A stretch of 64,000 nucleotides of DNA. Source: Hydrurus foetidus (Eukaryota). The translations under genes and the position numbers were made by a program. Below the pieces are notes generated by a model that saw only the letters and a list, made by a program, of their open reading frames with translations, searched no databases and was not told the origin of the DNA. Position 1 is the stretch's first letter; each line of letters starts with the position of its first letter. This document shows, in pieces, positions 1-11,796 of this stretch. Where the stretch lies: contig UYFQ01000315.1 in the NCBI GenBank assembly GCA_900617105.1, forward strand, positions 62,001-126,000, written 5' to 3'.

Positions 1-455
1 CATCTTATGTGATCTTATTAGTGTTCTTAAGGATTGACGAGTACTGATGATTTGTATTAAGTGTGTGGGAAGAAGAAAAAAGAAGTACGTCAATCAGTAA
101 TGTGGCATGGGATATGCTGATAGACGGTTGAAGTGTAATAAATAACATAGACTTGTCACATGTACAGCAAAAGAGGTAGTGAGATGTACGTTGAGGTAAG
201 AAGATTAGAAAAGCGTACGTACTGTACAGTTTATCTAACTAGCTATTTACCTACAGAACAAATTATAATGCAGTCAGACATGTTATAAAAATATCTCATT
301 TACTATGACAACAGCAGAGTACTGCAAAACATAAAAGACAGCGTTATTTGACTTTGAAAAAATTAAAATGGAAATCGTTCGGCAAATATGGGTGATGCGA
401 GCTATTTCTACACACTGACGCAGTGACTGCAATTAAATTTCCGGTGAAATTAATT

Positions 456-2353
456 TCAGAATCCAATAATTGGAGATAAATATCGTACCTGACTGAAATT
501 GTGATTCTGATTTTTCAAAACCGTAAATTCAGATAATTCCGTTGCTTTCAAACACGTAACAAGATTACCGAAAGTGGATTTTACCATTACATTTTTGACG
601 GATATTTGCACGGCATTTACATTTTGTTTTTCTCTTGCGCTATTAAGAATATTTAAGATAGTTTTGTATTGTATCTTATTTTGAAATTCCATTTTCACAG
701 CGACACCAGCGCTGTCTGACATGGTTAGAAAAGGTGTCAACGAAATGTTATCATTGAAAATGATGGAAGTGATTTTATCATTATCCTCACATCTCCTACC
801 ATCAACAGAGACATCGCTCTCATTTTCTTTGGTTTCGATTCTGATTTTTTTCTTCGCATTTTCAGAACAATTTTCTTCTTGTTCGCAGAAATCTCTGACG
901 TCACTATTTCTATTTCCATTTCCGTCACTATTTTCATTTTTATTATCTCCTGTGTGTTGTACGTTATAATCTATCCGGTCCCCACGCACACGCACACACA
1001 CGTGTTCCAGTACAATGTCTATCTGTCCGTACCCCAGGGCTTCTCTCAGTCGGGGTACGTACACAGGATGGGATGGTACCATTCTGCACAATACGAGTAC
1101 GACGTATATGTAAAGAGTTCACATTTACTTTCATCACGTCGTGAGATCGGTTTTAATCGAACATTGAGATTAATTCAAATCATTTCTGTCGACAAAATAC
1201 AGTACAATACAAAACAGCACAACATAATACATTACAGCAAAGTGAAATACGATACACTACACTACACTACACTACACTACACTACACTACACTACACTAC
1301 ACTACACTACACTACAATACAGAATAATACAATACAATACAGAATAAAACAGGGCAGAACAGAACAGAGCAGTGTAGTGCAGAGCAGTGAAAAACAATCC
1401 CATACATGTCCACTGTACCAATGACAAATCATCACATGAGGAAGATACTGTATTCAGTGTTGCCAAACGAATGTGGAGCAGAAAAGCAGAAATACAGAAG
1501 AGCAGAGAAAGAATTTTTTGAATCACCTGGATAGAAATATGTGTGTGTGTTCCTTACACCACTTGCACAGTGCGTCAGCAAGGCTATACAGTCTCGGATA
1601 CATTCCCCTACACATTCCTTGACCAATGCAGTCAGTGTCGTCCACTATCAGTCTACAGAAAGATCCAGATATCGGATGTAATTTCAAGCATATGGAAGAT
1701 CCTAAGAACTTTCCGTTGAGTTTTCCCATTTCATTTTCTGTGCTTTTTCGTATTGGCTTTGAGAAGCATTGATTCAGAAATATGATGGAGCCTCGAGTAA
1801 TTCTCGTCAAGCCAGTGTATGCTACCAACGCTGCTGAGCCATATAGGCGCAAGACAAAAACTGCCGCGTTATCAGACTCTACAATCAGAACTTTCCCTGG
1901 TTAGTGTAATATAGTTGAAGCTCATCGAATCGAATCATTCACATCGACATCGTAGTCGTTACTTATCAACGTAACTTCATATTTGCGGATACAATCACGC
2001 GCGTTATTGCAATACGTTTCGATTCTCCTCTATACTTGCAAGATACACGACATCAGTGACAGTAATATCAGCCCTAATTGCACCGTACCTGCCGTTATCA
2101 AAGAGCTATCAATAATGTTGACGTCCAACACTGCAACTTGATTTGCATTCTGAAATGAGATGTACTGGAACTTTGTCTCCATCGCCACACATAATACTTC
2201 GTGAAGTTTTGTCGATTGTTCGTTAGTTATTATCTGTTCATGTGATAGTCTCATAGAATTGATCTCATGAGAAACTGTCTTCAAGGTCGTCAACGTGATG
2301 CGCGAATCAGCAACTAATCCTATCATCGCAATCACGAACTCTCTCCATCGCAT
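456..2353 (-). CDS. Multi-exon gene, hypothetical protein (3' exon structure only partly resolved)
   Basis: Exon 2353-2089 (ATG, MRWREFVIAM...LITA-G) ends at donor AG|GTACGG. It joins in phase to acceptor ACTAAC-CAG| at 1896 (GKVLIVESDNAAVFVLRLYGSAAL..., same frame as ORF 1523-1852). There is a probable short exon near 1526-1450 and a terminal exon ~1083-456 (acceptor TGTGCAG|, stop TGA). I could not fix the junction phases of the middle exons. No recognisable family. Confidence 0.55.
1253..1315. repeat. (ACACT)n pentanucleotide microsatellite, ~12 copies, within a degenerate 5-bp-period tract (~1195-1390), intronic
   Basis: Directly visible acactacactacact... run, flanked by aatac/agaac/agtgc pentamer variants. 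Confidence 0.95.
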
Positions 2354-2767
2354 TGTGGCATTCCTCTTTTCGAGCGCATCGTTGATTGTCGTACACTTCT
2401 TGAGTACCCTCGTTTCATCTCTTAATCTCGACGGTTGATTTTTTTTTTATAAAAAAGTAAAGGACTGCTGATGCTCTGTCCATGGTCTGTGATCGACGAT
2501 CCCAATCTGCGATCTCTTCAAGTTAACGGACGTACCGGACCGACTGATCTCAAATTCACGCTAAATATTTTCATCAAAAATTGCTTCGACTTCCGACTTC
2601 GACGTCTTCTCGCTCGAAGGAACTGACGTCCTCAGTGAGACATTTGAGGACTTGCCGCAGTCGAAGGGACCGAAGGGATTGTCATCGATCCTGGGAGGGG
2701 CCTCTGTCTCACGGAAGAGATCGTTCTTCTCATGAAAGCGAGTGCACTGTAACTTCGTATATCGAGC
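2354..2767. promoter_or_regulatory. Putative bidirectional promoter region (414 bp between divergent ATGs)
   Basis: Inferred only from the head-to-head gene arrangement. Confidence 0.4.
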
Positions 2768-4455
2768 ATGACATCTAATCAGATATTAGAATGTGGTGTG
2801 GGGCAGTTAGTAACGCAACAGGACGATAGCAATTCATCGGACCTTGGCCGAGACGGTGAAAAATCTCGCTATGGACATTGGAAGACTTTCCTCGTTTTTG
2901 CCACAATGGGTGCCGGCGCGAGCTGGGTACTAAACTCAAACTTCATGTTTCCCAAGTGGATTTTTGTTCAATCTGTTTACAACTTGCCCTAATCCTCATT
3001 CAACGCATATACTTTTGATATTTGGTGCAATTGCAGGTATGTCCTACAGCTCTTGCGCAGCAAGTACCGTACTTCGAACGAGTAAATCCTGAGGGACTGT
3101 GTATTGCAACTTATATGAACGCTTCGACAAATGTTGGGGTGCTCAGCGCAGCTGTGTATTTCCTAGTAATCCGATATGTGTGTCCGATACCTCACAGCGT
3201 CTCTGTGCCGTTTATTCTGGCATCATCAACAACTGCCGCCTATCTCGCGGCAGCTGTATACCCCGATACAATAGGTGGCGTATCTGTATTTCTTTTCGCG
3301 TGCTGCGCCATCGGTGGCTCCGCTGGATCACTGGCTTCTGTGGTGATGAATCCATTCCTAACGCAATTTAAGAACGATTTCATCACAGCTTCTAGGAGTG
3401 GTGGTAGTATGTGCATCGTCTTGACAGCTCTGCTAGCAGCCATTCAGAATCCGGGGTCGGACCGACCCAGATTCAGCACCACGTACTACATGCTCATGGT
3501 GGCTATCTTGCTGTCTATGCCCATGTTCGCATTTCTACATATAACGCGCAATGGTTTAGGGTTGCGTTGGGAGGATGACGGACTGGCTAATTCTCGCGCT
3601 TGTGTTGACGACGATTCTAATTTGTTCAGCGATAGGAAAGATGTTATTCACAGCAGTGATGCACACAACGCAGACAGAGCTATAGGGGTAGGAAGTGACA
3701 GTCCTATATTTTTACGTGATCGGTCTGGGAGCGACGGAAGCTTACAGTACATTGGACAAGAAACTACTACTAAATCTCTACTTCACAGCGGGGAACATTC
3801 CTCATCGAACGTTCCTGAAAATGAACATCGTTCTGGAAACAATAAATACGTGCGCAGCAGTGTAGCTGAGGATGGAACCAGGACCATTGAGATTCCTAGA
3901 ACACCTGGATATTTTGATTTATTTTATTATTTTCCTAACTTAGCATCTAATATGAGACCTTGGGTGCGACAAGTCCTACCAATGTGTGCGGTGATGGGAT
4001 TTGTAAATATGAATACGTGGGGAATATTAACTGCTGTATCACCTTTTGCATTCCGGAATGTAAGTACGGATTCTGGAGCACGTACGTTGGGAGTGGCGTA
4101 CGAGTTAGGTGCTGTGTGTTTGATGTTGGGAGATTTGTCCACCGCAGCAATACGTCTCCCTTCCCACTGGGCTCTCCTGTCCTTCTCCCTCCTCACATGC
4201 GGTATCTACATAGCAGCCGTGCCATCCCCTATGCTTCTCTCCCCTGTCGCTGCTCCCCTTCTCGTAATGTTCTTTGCCGTGGGAAGGTTCTTTGAGGCGC
4301 ATTTAGTGACTTCGATGTATCGTAAGATAGCCACCGACTTCAGAACAGAAGACAGAGAGAATGCTGCGCGCGTTGTTGGGATAGTTGATCAAATATCCAC
4401 TACTATCGGATCGATAGCTTCTTCTATTCTAGTTGCCAAATACGCGACTTGCTAA
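2768..4455 (+). CDS. SLC52/RFVT-like (riboflavin transporter family) multi-pass membrane protein, 2 exons (2768-2926, 3037-4455)
   Basis: Phase-0 intron TGG|GTAC...TTGCAG|GTA gives FLVFATMGAGASW-VCPTALAQQVPYFERVNPEGLCIATYMNASTNVG. This resembles the SLC52 N-terminal motif (G-x-G-S-W...ELP...PEGW-x-LPSY...N-x-G). Two bundles of hydrophobic helices are separated by a long hydrophilic loop. The 'PRFS...Y' segment before TM6 is also SLC52-like. Stop TAA at 4455. Family assigned by motif recognition, not by a search. Confidence 0.72.
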
Positions 4456-4596
4456 ATTGGGAAACACGTAACCACTCAATATCCACTATGAAGTTATTCC
4501 AAATAATACGTGATGAAATGTGCAAGAAAGCAGCAATAAAGAAATGTTTCCATGATTCATCACAGTGGGACAAGACCAACATGGCATAAATTGAAA

Positions 4597-5850
4597 TTAA
4601 GTGACCCAGAAAAATCCTTGATTTGATTTGGGTCGAGAAGTGATACACTCGCACTCATCATCTATTCTCTTCCATTTTCTTCTCCTATGGAGTTCATCGC
4701 TGTGGATTGATTCTTCGCATAATCTTCCCGTAGACCGGTTCATGGCATTGTAGACTGCTTCTTTATAGCGTCTCTGTTCAAACTGATTTCCGATTCTTCG
4801 CATTATCTGTCTGTAGACTGATTCATGGCATAGATGGGATAAACAAAATTGCCTTGAAATTATTTTTGGCAATCTTCATTTTCAGTGTGAAGAAAAGAAA
4901 GAAAAAAGAAAGAAAAGAATTTTCTCGTCTGTCTATATTGCTTACTAAAATACTTGAATAGTGACACACTGAGTAGTGCGCACCATAACTAAAACAAATA
5001 ACAGAATATCACGCACATCACATGATATAAAGCGTGTTGTACGTTACCAATTGTATAATACTCACACATTCTCGCTTCAAGATTGCTGCATCTCTCTAAC
5101 TAAATGAATTCAAATCTATTCAAGAAATGGCATCACTTCCTCTTCCTTTTTCTTAAATAAAATACATTTAGATATTACGATTCACTCTATTCTGACTGAT
5201 TGCGACGTACGTGCGTACGTACTGGCCTGACAATCTTTAATTCCAGATACTGCCGGATATAGGATTCATTCTTTTGTTTTCAATTTTGTCGGGAAATGGA
5301 GAATCTTCATGGGTTCAATTAATGACAGCACAGCACAATGCAATACAATACAACACAGTCAATGCATTGCAGAACAGTGCGATAAAGTGAAATACAGTGC
5401 AGTGTGATACCGTGCAGTTAATTACAGTATACAACGCAACATTTCTTTATCCAATGGCAAAATAGACGAAGTTTTTAACTTGCCGTGAGAATGTCATGTT
5501 GTGCATTCATTCCTTGTACTGTGATAACTCGAGAAACAAGAAATAATGAAAATAATACACCCCCCCTTGTTTTTGATCCATGAAAGAGTCCAGTACAATA
5601 TCCATCCTCTCAAACTATTTCTCTTAACAAATGAACATGTTGGCCATTCTTGACCAAGCAGAATCCAGTCAACTCCAGACCGACTTCTCATCTGGATTCA
5701 CTTGAAATAGCCGGCCAACAATGTCAAATTTGTGCTCGTCCAGAATGACCCCAAGACATGAGAACGTACATCTTTTCGTACTTGTTACCATGCCTTTGCA
5801 TCGTCCTTCAGAACTGACACAAAGGTAGTCCAGTCCGTAAGTACCATTCA
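4597..5850 (-). CDS. Possible small spliced gene, unresolved
   Basis: ORF 4597-4872 (...ESVYRQIMRRIGNQFEQRRYKEAVYNAMNR...) lies downstream of a minus-strand polypyrimidine tract (~4890-4920). Donor-like GTACGT at 5222 and GTGAGT near 5065. Short ORFs at 5494-5908. No consistent exon chain could be built. Confidence 0.25.
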
Positions 5851-6803
5851 ACGAACTCAATATAATAGAAAAAAAATGTGATTTAAATGGTGTAGCGTTT
5901 TTTTTCATATCACAATTGACGCTATCTTCAAAATTTTAAGAAGTGTATGGTTGTTATAAGACATTTAAAATTTTAATTACTAATGAAAATATTCAATAGA
6001 CGTCATAGAATGCGTTGTAACGATTTTTTATTTCTTTTTCGTCTAAGGCTGGATACACTTTTGTATATCTCCGCCTAAGGGGCATTCTATACGGGGCCGT
6101 TTTCTCGTCTGAATTCACCTATATTCGCCACAATCCGTCAAATTTATGCTCGTATAAAACGGCCCTCATAGTCATCACGATCTCTTTTTCACATTTCCCA
6201 AATCATGTCATCTTATCCTACGTATATGTAATTATTATTTTTCCCACTTTTTTTCATTTCTTGCTCTTGAATGTTGTAGTGTTTTTATTTTCCATTTTTG
6301 ATTTTTTTGTTTAATATCTGATTTTTTCTTTGATATTTCGTAGTTATTAAATTTAATTAAAAATTTGAATTTCGGATTTTATATTTTTCTTTCGATGTTT
6401 GCTTTCTACTTTTCTTTTGAGCCTATTTTCTTTTAATTTTCCCTAAATATTTTGCGGGTAATCCTACCTAGACATGTGCTACGAAACTTCTTCCTCGTTT
6501 TCTACGAAACATTCTTCACGTCACCGTTGTCACCGCCTTTACAATCATGACTGTTACTGCCAACATGCAGCTTTAACAGTCTGCAATTGTATTTCCTGTA
6601 CTTATCATGTAATCCCTCTCTCTCTGCCTCCACTCCTTATCATTGATACACCCCCTCCTCCCCTTTCCTCTCTACCCCTAATCATTCATGTTCAAACAAT
6701 GTCTCTCTCCCCTCTCCCTCCTATGCCCTATGTCCTTTTCCTCTCTCTCCTCCCTCGCATTACCCCTTCCTCCCCTCTCACCTCCTCTCTCCTCCCGATT
6801 CAC

Positions 6804-9800
6804 TCACTCATGTTGATAATAAGCCAGCACCATATCCACGTCTCTCTTGCATCCGATTATTACGGGGCATTTATCATGAATGCCCTTGGGGACGAGATCG
6901 AGGATGTCGCCTATTTGGTTTTGAAACGGTCCAGTTGACGCCACTCCACCAGCTATGTTGAAGTTGAAGTTGAAATCGGAGAGGACAAGAGAAGAGTGAG
7001 TCGGAGTTAAACGTGAAGTTGAGGGAAACAAGAGAGAAGCGTAGAAGCGAAATTGAAATTAAACGAAGCAAAAGGAAAGGAGTGAAGCGAAATTGAAGTT
7101 TGAGAAGAGCGAAGTGAAAGAAGAGATGATGGTGAATAAAACAGAATAGTTGAAAAGATATGTGAAACATCAGAACTCAAGCTAAGGCGTTTGAAACAAA
7201 AGCAGAAATGAATAAAGTGATCGAATTACTCACTGTAAACATTAAATATGACGTCTATATAAATGGTACGTACAAACGGTAGACAAAACGCGTACGTACC
7301 GTGTTCCATGATCATCGCCATGGGAAACCCTTCGTACAGTACACGGAGTTTGCCAGTACCCTGAGGGATGGAAACATTCATGTTAATGACGGACTTAATT
7401 TTAATCAAACCGTATAAGTGCGGAGCGCGATTGGTGCTGTTTAGCGGAATAAAGTAGTGCAGTAAGGGTACTGTGTACTGTAAGGAATAAACAGATAAGC
7501 ACGCACACACACAAACAGGCACTTACAACAGCCTGCAGTGACGGAATAAAAATTAGATTATCTTGTCTTACCTTTTCTTTGTCTGCCGGATAGAGGTACA
7601 CTCCACCGTACAGTAACGTACGATGCACGTCAGACACCATGGATCCGACATACCGACCTGATGAAGAGAAGGAATGACGTATGGCGATTGTCAACAGATT
7701 TGTTTCGTGGACCAAGATGAATGGAGGGTCTTCTGCGTTGTGATGACACAGTGACATGCGTCACATCATATCATTTAGCAGGGAGTATAGATAGCGGAAT
7801 GTAATATGACAGTGCATAATGGTGTGCCTCATAGCACACCAGGCTACATCACAGCACACCTCATTACACTCTACTATGTCCCACCACGCTCCATATTACT
7901 GCATCGAAACTAGACTGTATTGCACCACACCACACCACACCACACTTCACTACACTGTATTACATCATACTGAATCAAATCACACTACACTGCTATACAC
8001 CATAACACATCGCACCAGACCACACCACACCACATTAAAGTTCTACACAAATACAAGAGAAGAGAAGAACACGTACCTGTGTACGGCGGGTTGTGGAACT
8101 TGAACCCGTCCACCGCCTTCTGCATTGGGGAGTCCCAAGTAATGTAATTACCATCTAATACATGCATTGACAGTCAGATTTAGCACCAGATTATAATTGA
8201 CACGTTGTTGTATTAATAAGTCAAACTAATCGGGATGAAACAAAGTTCACAAACTTTACGTACTGTAAAAAATAAATGCAGTTAATTTCAAATTTAGTTC
8301 ATAATTTTCTATTTTGCTTGCTATGAAAAGCAAAGTAATTCTACAGCTGCATAATTAAGAGCATAATAAATGGTATTTCTAATTGACAATTATGGTACGT
8401 CATTCATACCGTTGACGGAGTATATAGTTTTGCACACTTCCGGCAGTTTCATTTTATCGCCAGTGAGAATGAATTCGCCCAGAGATGGATCTATTAAAAA
8501 TGAGAAATAAAGAGTGAGGATAAAAGAGGCATAGAAAATAAGAGATACGAAAAGAGAGAAGAAGAGAAAAGGAAGGAGAAGAGGAAAGGCGAGGAGAGAT
8601 GTACGGGACGATAAATAAAAAAATATCCGTGTGTGAAATAAATGTGACTGAAGCTATTGAGGTCATAGTTACATATGATAACTGACCGACAGACGGGCTG
8701 GGCTGATAGATCGCTACGAGACTACCAGACGGACAGACTATCAGACAAACTGACTGATAGATAGACAGACAAACTAACAGACACACACGCACAGATACAA
8801 ATTCATACTGACTCACCCAGTGTGAATCTTTGTACTCCGTGTCCGTACGTTACCACCATCTCGGTGGCGCTACCATAGCAGCAGTAACCGGCGCAAATCA
8901 TCTGTGGGGGTGATAAGAGAAAGGAGGAGAGAGGATGTGAGTGACAGATAGTGAGGTGAATGGATGGGAGGATAAATTGAGCAATAAATAGAGGAGAAAT
9001 CAGGCGGATAAAATGCTGACGGAGATATAGGCAGAGACAAACAAACAAAGCACACAACACACACACACACACACACATTAGGAAAGATGATTAATCAAAT
9101 CGAAATTCAACAATGCAATCTCTCTAATCCTTTACCATCTGTAACATACTCAATCTTAGCATCATCTAGTTTAATCAATCGTCATCTAATCAATGTATTC
9201 AGGTACCTCTTTGCCCGGTCTTAGAATGTCGTCAACCGTGGCCGGTCCCTCTGATTTCTAACCGTAATACGGTAAAGATATGCGTATGTATAAATTGTTG
9301 ATTTGTGCCTTTCTTAAAAATATACGTACGCTATCTTTCTTAGAATAAGCACGTATGCGATGTGTACGGTTTGATGAGTGTATACAATTTATTAGTGTGT
9401 GTGCACATTTCACTGCGCCGGATAAAAGCAATATGAGTAATTGTAGGCTGAATTGAGGAAGGAGATGGGAGAATCAAGGGAGGACAAAGAGGCTACGGAT
9501 GGGACAAATTCGAGGATACAGATGGGGAGGAGAAAATAAAGAAGAGGGATAAAGGGAGAGACAATAGAAGTGAGAATGTCAAGTGAAAAATAGAAGTGTA
9601 AGAACTTAAGAAGAGGTAAATCATAAAGTGTAAAGAATGCAGAAGGGAAAAGTGTGTTGACTACTCGTTACAGCACATGCACGTAATTCACACTGCTAAG
9701 TGATTTCTTTCTATTGCATCACAGCAAGGAGTCGTGTGGGGCAATTCTCACTATCAGCCCTCACAAGCTGCATCCTCTAACCTTCTCCCAAATCGCGAAA

Positions 9801-11146
9801 ATGGTTCCGGTGGATACGTTGCAGTCAATCTAAAAAAATGAAATAAAGGAATGTTGTTATTTTACTGGTAATAATGAAGTTACTGGGTATCAATGCTATG
9901 ATGGAAGGGTGCTTGGTTGATGTTGATGTTGATATCATTTCATGATGAGTAGAGAGGCAACAGCACGTAGATTAGTTAAGCAAAAGAATACGAGCGATGA
10001 AGATTGAAAAAATAATTCGAAAGCTCACGTACTGCAATGTGCGCGTACTTACGTTGGAAGATCCATCCAATGGATCGAAAGCAACACAAAACTTTCCTAA
10101 GAATATTTATTGTTCCGACAGAACAGAAGGAAGGCATGTTAGGAACATTATTTTAGGGGAAAATAGTAAATGAATTCAGGGGTGTGGGTGGCAAAGAGTA
10201 TATATTGCTTAGTATCTTGTCGCAGTGATTCATTGTGCAATGGGCGGTACGTGAGAAGCAGAATTAATTTTTATAATATTTTGTGCAATGGAAATTATTT
10301 CTTGGCAGATTCTCAGTCAATTCTGTGATATCAATAAATAGGCTATCTCACAATCAACATGAATAGTCGTGATGCTTCGAATGGTCGACTGCAGCTGTAT
10401 ACCACCACTTGAACTGATGAGGATTTCTAAATGCAATGTCGTAAATTACCTGCAAGCCCCGCCTCGACAATGATCGGATCTTCATTCTCCTCGGAAACAA
10501 GCACCGCACACACGGAGGAGTTATATAGGGAGTTCACCTTACAATTAGAAAATAGCGCACAGCAGGTAGTTCATTTAGAAGCTGGTACGGAAAGTGTCGC
10601 GATACTGTGGAGTTGAAGATTAGACAACCGAAAATAGTTGAACATCTTTGACGAATTCAGTCTCAACAAATTCCGTTAGGAGCAGCACTAAAGCGCTCTT
10701 CTTTATAGACTTACCATCATATCATTGGAGAGGACGTCAAGCTTCTTCTGAGAATCTCCAGTCGCATTCTCAGAGCCTGCGGAACCGTCTGCGATAATTT
10801 GAAAATTGTGGATGAGTCATCTATGAACTGATGATTCGGAGTGAAAGATTTTTGCAGATGAAATCGACGTTTATCAATGACTCGTGCAACAAATGGCGAG
10901 CACCCAACAAATTTATGAATTCTCCATCAACTTGAAGCTTGAACACAAAAAGATGCAAAAGCAAATGAAGCACTTACACAAATTTGCGATTCCAGCTTTC
11001 CTCACTGATCGAGAGATCAATTTGCATGCAGTTTGAATTGCGTTGAAAAGAATCACGAAGTCACTGTCGCGACTATTGATCATGATCAACCTTGTCATGG
11101 TCTTACTGTCGGTGTCATTTCTGATTGAATCTGGGTGCTGCTCCAT
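6804..11146 (-). CDS. FBP: Fructose-1,6-bisphosphatase class I, probably cytosolic; 12 exons, 337 aa
   Basis: Exons 11146-10978, 10788-10715, 10537-10450, 10096-10053, 9829-9782, 9257-9207, 8901-8817, 8490-8410, 8154-8077, 7657-7572, 7360-7300 and 6952-6804 all join in phase with GT-AG ends (1014 nt including stop). Hallmark motifs: [93 protein letters not shown]. No targeting extension is evident. Confidence 0.97.
7845..8035. repeat. Degenerate 5-bp-period low-complexity tract (CACAC/TACAC-like) in an FBPase intron
   Basis: caccacaccacaccacac, tacactacac and similar. Same style as the tracts at 1195-1390 and ~5325-5430. Confidence 0.7.
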
Positions 11147-11796
11147 CTTCAGTTGAGACGCCTAGAAAAGATTGGTGGAGCTATACCAGCGGTGCTGATA
11201 GCGGAGTAAATTTGCAGAGACTTTACTTTTTGAGTGAAGGTTTAAAATGCAGATTCGTCCTTGCGGTGCTGCTGCTTGAAAGCAAAAGATGCGCACGAAT
11301 GACGTCCGAATGTCCGAATGAATATTTCGCACTCTTTTCGTGATAACTTCAATCGACAATGATCGGATCCCAGATCCATGATCCTGTGTGGTGTTAGAAA
11401 ACAGGTAGCGCGCACGTACGCACGCCCAAAACAATCCCAAATAATTTGAATACCGAATGTACCCTCTCGAAACCGCTGTACTGAAAGAATGTCTCAGACA
11501 GAGTGATCAGTGGCCAGTCTTCTGCAAAGGCCACCAATGAAATGAATCTGCTGAGAAGTTGCATCACGAGCAGATTCCTTTTCCCATTTGTCATCGTCGA
11601 TAGATGCAAACGCCATCCAAATATCTGACTTTAAAATGGTTGTCATCACTATCCAGGATATTCTAGATGATTTTGAGGAGTCATCTATTATATTCAAAAG
11701 GAGATTCAGAAACGGGATCAATATTAAATGAAATATTATCGATTCCGTGTACTGCTACTTTGATTACGCCATCTGTAGGTCGAACGCGAAGTCGTT
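11147..11796. promoter_or_regulatory. Putative bidirectional promoter/5' UTR region between FBPase and the giant repeat gene (650 bp)
   Basis: Inferred from the head-to-head arrangement. Contains a gcgcgcacgtacgcacgc element at ~11408-11426. Confidence 0.4.

Noticed and set aside
879..1424. Plus-strand 181-aa ORF with LHYTT repeats, and similar ORFs at 6474-6938 and 7819-8103
   Set aside because: They derive from microsatellite or low-complexity non-coding DNA antisense to better-supported genes.
11147..11609. N-terminal plastid-targeting exon for FBPase (in-frame acceptor-like TTTTCTAG at 11162)
   Set aside because: No convincing upstream signal or transit-peptide exon was found, and the 337-aa product from ATG 11146 is already full length. 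Not fully excluded.
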